64,000 nt of DNA, taken from assembly GCA_030390025.1 (NCBI GenBank), contig CM059432.1, positions 27,592,001-27,656,000 on the forward strand. The letters are read 5' to 3'. Origin of the DNA: Squalus acanthias (taxonomy: Eukaryota). This document shows, piece by piece, positions 57,736 through 64,000 of this stretch. Position 1 is the first letter of the stretch. The number at the start of each line of letters is the position of its first letter. The notes below the pieces were generated by a model. That model saw only the letters and a program-made list of their open reading frames with translations, ran no database searches and was not told the origin of the DNA. The translations under genes were made by a program, and so were the position numbers.

Positions 57736-60700
57736 CCTTTTATTATGCCAAACGTGCTTTACAAGTGCAAGTTGTTGCATTGTGCCATCTAGTCAATGCC
57801 AGTTTTGCCTCATTGCCTCATTGATAAAGGCATCATCTTTATAAAAAAAATAATTCTCGGGCGTAGGTATTGCTGGAAAGGCTAGCATTTATTGCCCATT
57901 TACAGTTGCCCTCAAAAAGTAGTGTAAGATCGTTGCAGGTTCGATACAACTGTATGACTTGCTAGGTCTCTTCAGAGGTCAGTTAAGAGTCAACTACATT
58001 GGTGTGAGACTGGCGTCATATAGGCCAGACCGGGTAAGAATGATAGGTTTCATTTACTGAAGGGCATTAGTGAACCAGTTGGGTTTTTACAACAATCCGA
58101 CAGCTTCATAGTCTCTTTTGCTGGAGAGATACAAAGCCATAAAGACATAAAAGCCATAAAAGACCAGACAATGCTGCTTTGTGTTGAATTAGCTGATTTC
58201 AGCAAGGGATACCATTTGAGCAACTAAAATTGGCCAGGACTTGATAGGGAAAAGATCAGCCTTCTCTTGATTATTAGCACATGTTCGAGAGCAGAAGTGG
58301 GCTTGGCTGTGATTCTCTCCACAATTAAATAGCTCACTATCAAGGCTCGCACATGAAGGCTGGCCATTTGGATAAGGTACTGAGGGTAACTGGTACCACT
58401 GGGTCAGTATCCCAACAAGAAGAGAGCAGAAAATCAAAGAGGGGAAAAATAGTACAAATCTTTAATGTCACCTGAACCATTGGAACAGGCAGACGGGGTT
58501 TTGGTTTAACATCTCATCTGAAGTCAAGGGACACTGAGGTCAACACCACCTCCAGCAGGGATCCAGTAATGCAGCATAGACCAGAGACCAATTCTGGGAC
58601 CTTCCTAATATTTATAGTTGAGGACAACACCATTATTTTCCACTGAACATTTGGGGCAACATCAGCAATATTGTTAATGCAATTAAGTCATCACTTCACA
58701 GAATATACCTAAATATCTCTTCCCAGAATGTTTATAAATTTATGAATTAAGAAGGGTTTTAAATGTGCAATACTCGTTCCACTGATGACTGAGCTGGTTA
58801 ATTCAGTGAGAAGCCAAGCATTATAGATCAGGAAGGTTCTAGGTTTAATCCATTATCTGCAGTGAGTTAGTTAATCTCAGCAGAGGTGTTAAAAAAAGCC
58901 TTGCATTTATATAGCGCCTTTCATGAGCTCAGGACGTCCTAAAGTGCTTTACAGCTAATTAAGTATTTTTGAAGTGTAGTCACTGTTGTAATGTAGGAAA
59001 TGCGGCAGCCAATTTGTGCACAGCAAGGTCCCACAAATAGCAAGGTGATAATGAGCAGATAATCTGTTTTAGTGGTGTTGGTTGAGGGATAAATATTGGA
59101 CAGATAAATATTGGTAGTAGTGGCACTATAACTTGTTAGTCTTCCTGCCTACTCCATCCATAAACTACAAGTCATCTGGAAAACTGTGGCCCATATTCTC
59201 ACCTACACTATGGCCTGTAACCCTATCACCCCATCCTCACCAAGCCCCACTGCCTGCCCATGTCCTAGAGAATTGACTTTAAGAGTCTCAACCTCACCTT
59301 TAAATCCCTCAACTGCTTCGCTCCATCGCTACTATCAAGGTATCCTTGCGTGCACCTCTGCTTCCCCGACAAAAGACTTGTTCTCCACTCCCTCTACTCT
59401 ACCATGAGTGGGCTACTGCTTCAACCATTTTCCCTGCCCTCTGGAACCTCGTCCTTCAACATCTCTGCCTTCATACTTCTGTTAATGCCTTTGAAAACCT
59501 CCTCAGCACACTCCTCTTTGACTGTACTTTTGTCCCCTCCTGAACAAACCCCTTTCCTTTCCTCACCTCCACTCCTCCCCAAACGAGTCCAGTGTCGACT
59601 TGTTGTCTACCGCCCTTTAAAGTTTTCTGAGACATCTTTCTGTACATAATGAGCCATGTGTTGGAGTAGGGAATATGGAGAGTGTTCCTACTCCTGAGCA
59701 TTAGCCAGTGAGCCTGACCTGAAATAGGCTTATACCTGGAGGGCACCCAGCATCCCTGAAGCCATACATCAGCAAGGAGTCAAAGGCTTCAACAACAACA
59801 ACAACCTGCATTTATATAGAGCCTTTAATGTCGTAAAATGTCCCAGGGCACAGCATGGAAGCGTTATCAGACAAAAATTGACACTAAGCCAAAGAAGGAA
59901 ACATTAGGACAGGTGACTAAGAGATTAGTCAAAGAGAGGTTTTCAGGAGTAGAAAGAAGTGGAGTGGCGGAGATTAAGGAAGGGAGTTCCAGAGTTTAGG
60001 AGCTTAGGACCTAGGTGGCTGAAGGCACGGCCGCTAATGGTGGGGCGAAGGAAGTGGGGAATGCAAAGAAGTTAGAGTTGGAGCAATGCAGAATTCTCAG
60101 AGGGTTTAGGGCTGGAGGAGGTTACAGATATAGGGAGGGGGGGGCGAGACCATGGTGGGATTTGAACACAAGGATGAGAAATTTAAATTTTAAAATGTAA
60201 AGGCTTCAGGAGAAAAGGGAAAGCGAGAAAATTGGCAGAAAAAAGATCAGCAGAAAAAAATGGTGCACAGTGTCCGCTTGCAGTGAGTTCTTGCACGTAT
60301 CTGCCTGCACTGATAGTGCTGTTTATTGATGTGTGTCCTGTTATTGCTCAGTTTGCTTGTTGACCTGACCTTGAATTATGTATAAAAATCATTAAAGTAA
60401 ACTGCACGAGTCTGGCTCTTAAACTCTGTTCAAATTGTGAACCCTAGCTGAAAGCTGAATCTTATTTTTTCCATTTTACTCTTGTGGAGTTAACCCAAGG
60501 GTGGAATGTATCCTTTGATTGTCACTTCTTCCCATCGACCTCGCCTGAAGGCATTTTACTGCTACTGAGCTACAGTACCATGCAAGCCATGTGGCCTCCT
60601 ATATATTGTTCAAATGCTCATTCTTCAGGCATGATCCTGAACAGTGAGTGTTGGAGTGTTGACAGGCTATTCGACTGGGGGGAGATCACACCATGCTTCT

Positions 60701-62529
60701 CCTCACTCAATGTGCACACACAAACTTATCCACTTCCACTTCAAGAGCAGGCACCTTGGCTGATACTTGCCTTACTCTAGCCCACCGCCCTTTCTGATGC
60801 CTCCACTGAGATCACATTAGACATGGAACATTTTTCCTGTTCTGTCGAGCTCAGTTCCACAGTAGACCCTCAGGGGAGAAAGTGCTACAATTGGCCTCAA
60901 CATACTTAATTTGGGGTTAGGGAGTTCTGCTTGTGTTTGCTTTCCACTGACCCCTGCTGGAAGTGAACATGTGTAGGCACCAGGTGAATGGCAGATCATG
61001 CCGCACTTGCAGTGGAATAACCTGCCAATACACACTGACCACTTGGACGAATGCTGGAAGGCCTCAGTGGAACCATCCCCAAACAAGGAGTCAAGACCTT
61101 CGGGAGAGGAAGAATGGGGTGGGGGAGGGAAGAAATTGACAGAGAAAATTTGCAAAGGTAAGGGTGTTTGTGGACGATTCCAAAAGGATTGTGATTTTTT
61201 TTCTGAGATCTGCTGAATGTTTCTCCATATTAGGCACTTGCCATTGAGTAAGGAACAACACACAAAATGTTAAAATTGCTCAGCACCACCCAGCAGGATA
61301 CTGAGCCATAAAGAACAGAAGATCTCAAGTTTTTTCTAATTAGTTGCTCTCAGCCAGTGTGGCAGTAAGGGTGATACGTTGGACCTGGACTAAGGAGGAA
61401 GAGGGGAGGAGGGGAAGTCAGCCAGGGTTCCTCTGCCTTGGCTTTGTTGCATTCAACAATTAAACTGCCTACTCAGTGTTCGGGTTCAAGTACAGGCACA
61501 GTACGTGAGAGTGGCTGACAGCAACAACAACAACAACTTGCATTTATATAGCACCTTTAACGTAGTAAAATGTCCCAAGACGCTTCACCTGTTATCCGAC
61601 AAAATTTGACATTGAGCCACATAAAGAGATATTACGACAGGAAAGAGGTAGCTTTTAAGCAGCGCCTTAATGGAGGAGAGAGAGGTGGAGAGGAGGAGAG
61701 GTTTAGAGAGAAAATTCCAGAGCTTAGGGCCTAGGCAGCTAATGCTGTGTAAGAGGCCAGCATTATAGTTAAAATTGAAATTGTAAATTCATTTAGTTGA
61801 GTGTGTGGGCCAACCAGATTGCACAATAGGGGTTCAGCTACTCATTTTTTATATTTTCACTGTTATTTATTATAGGTTTTCCGCATTTCAGACTGTTTGC
61901 GCCAACTTTCTCTGCTCCTCTCCCGAGGGCATTGCCTCATGCTGGACTATAGCTCCATTGGTGTTAACAAGCCTTGACAGCAGTGGAAACTTAGTTTCCC
62001 AGTTAAAGAGATGGTGAAAATGGGTTCAAAAACAAACACACACGGGAAAGCCCCGTTACTATAGAAACACTGGTTTCCTGAACATAAATGACAGAAGGCT
62101 GTGGCAGAATCCTCCAGCTACCTCAGTTGATCATATCCATTCCTGTAAAATGGACCGATATCGGACTCTGAGGCTGGAGTCTAATCAAGGGGTTCAAATG
62201 GTTTATATATAGAACGATGGTTCCCTGGGAGTGAGTTAAAGGATAGGGTCTAATTGAGGGATTTATATATAGAATAATGGATACCTGAGACGGAAACTCA
62301 GCTAGTTTATAATCATCGACTGAAGCTGGATATTAGTTTACAACATCACAACACTTTGACATTTATATTTTCATTGCTATATCCTGTTCAAATTTTATGA
62401 CTTTGAATTGCACTTGTCACTTATTATAGGCATAGATGCCAACATTCAATGCATTTGATGTGCAAAGATGTTTGTATGGGATAGTCAGTGATTGTCAATC
62501 ATTACTGCAGCTTTAACAACAAAAAGATA

Positions 62530-62920
62530 GCTCCCCCAATGGCTCAGTGTGTTCATTAAATGAGCTGTACAGGCTAGGAAAGTCCATGGTTTGATCCTCA
62601 GTCTGTTCTGAGTTCGCTGATCTCACCCAAGGTGGCCTTAGAACTGCTAGGTAGGATAAAAATCATTTGGGTTCCTGCTTCTGATCACTATCTGGTGACC
62701 CCTGCTGGAAACGTGCATGTGTTGATGCTGGGTGGGCAGGATCAGTATTGATTGTGAAGCTCCCACAGTCAAATAGTCTGCCAACTTTCAGTGCTCACAC
62801 GAGAAAACTGACCACATGGACAAGGTTTCAGAGGGTATCTGGCATCTGTGAAACTGGCCTGAGTAAAGAGTAAGCAGCTGCAAGAAAGGAGAAGAAAAAA
62901 TTGGCAACAAAAGCAAATAG
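62530..62920 (+). mobile_element. Old Deu-domain SINE (DeuSINE-like)
   Basis: tRNA-like head plus gggttcctgcttctgatcactatctggtgacccctgctggaaa, recognised as Deu-domain-like. Decayed relatives occur near 26100, 29900-30470, 32760, 35000 and 60550-61450. Confidence 0.6.
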
Positions 62921-63490
62921 TTTATATTATAAAATAATAGTCCCGGCTCAGGATCAGCTCTTGCTCTGTAAAGTCTATTTATTTGTTTACTCTTTATAAC
63001 AGCATCTTTGTGAAGCTGGAGCAGCTGAGACAAAAAAATACAATTAAAATCTGAACTGGAAGACAGAGTCGGCCCCATTTTGTATAATGGAAGATCTTCC
63101 AGTAGAATTGGTTCTACTCGTGTCTCTATTCACTCAGGCTGGATCTGAAACATCTGCGGTAACACTAGAGTAACTGCATTTGCAAGACATGTGCATGCAT
63201 GGTTGCTTAAAAGTTGTGAACGCAAATTCCCAGCCACAACACTTGCACATTTCTGATGACCATTTTGGCTGTGGACCTTCCTCGATGTCACCAGAAAAAA
63301 ATCCCAGCTCTGACATTCAATGCCAGTGCCTATTTTGGTTTTATTGTGGCTCTTTGACTTAAGAGTCAGGGGTGAAACCACCTCACAGATTGGTGTGCTG
63401 CACCCCATGGTGGCATCTAGAGCGTCGTGTTTAAATTGCAACTCGACACCGAAGGCTTTAATGTAAATGTGATATCAGTTCATTCCAATT

Positions 63491-64000
63491 ATAAGAACAT
63501 AAGAAATAGGAGCAGGGGTGGGCCATTTGGCCCCTCGAGCTTGCTCCGCCATTCAGTAAGATCATGGCCTCAACTCCACTTTCCTGCCCGCTCCCCATAA
63601 CCCTTGACTCCCTTATCGTTCAAAAATCTGTCTATCTCCACCTTAAATGTATTCAATGACCCAGCCGCCACAGCTCTCTGGGGGAGAGAATTCCAAAGAT
63701 TCACGATCCTCTGAGAGAAGAAATTCCTCTTCATCTCCGTTTTAAATGGGAGACTCCTTATTCTGAAACTATGCCCCCTAGTTCTAGATTCCCCCATGAG
63801 GGGAAACATTCTCTCTGCATCTACCCTGTCAAGCTCCCTCAGAATCTTATACGTTTTAATAAGATCACCTCTCATTCTTCAAAACTCCAATGAGTATAGG
63901 CCCAACCTGCTCAACCTTTCTTCATAAGACAACCCTTCATCTCAGGAATCAACCTAGTGAACCTTCTCTGAACTGCCTCCAATGCAAGTATATCCCTCCT
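63491..64000 (-). mobile_element. CR1 LINE 3' end, running off the window
   Basis: MRGDLIKTYKIL...RIVNLWNSLP; ttcttatg tail. Confidence 0.92.

Overview
Eukaryotic, repeat-dense DNA with no confidently identifiable host gene. The repeat mix suggests a cartilaginous fish (shark-like); this is an inference. Main contents: (1) the 3' end of a Ty3/Gypsy LTR retrotransposon (open RNase H-integrase frame, PPT, 215-bp LTR) plus a related solo LTR; (2) an apparently intact, very young Penelope-like element (RT + GIY-YIG, probably Neptune-type) at 51983-56835, with a 1011-bp terminal direct repeat, a 693-bp inverted copy, a target-site duplication and three minimal hammerhead ribozymes; (3) fragments of a second Penelope-like family with its own hammerhead; (4) PIF/Harbinger material: a fossil transposase, Myb/SANT remnants, a Myb-carrying non-autonomous element and several MITE families; (5) a 4.1-kb segment bounded by hAT-type TIRs and an 8-bp TSD that encloses promoter-like motifs; (6) many CR1/L2 LINE fragments and tRNA-derived SINEs. 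Boundaries of old, degenerate repeats are approximate, and family names come from motif recognition, not database searches.
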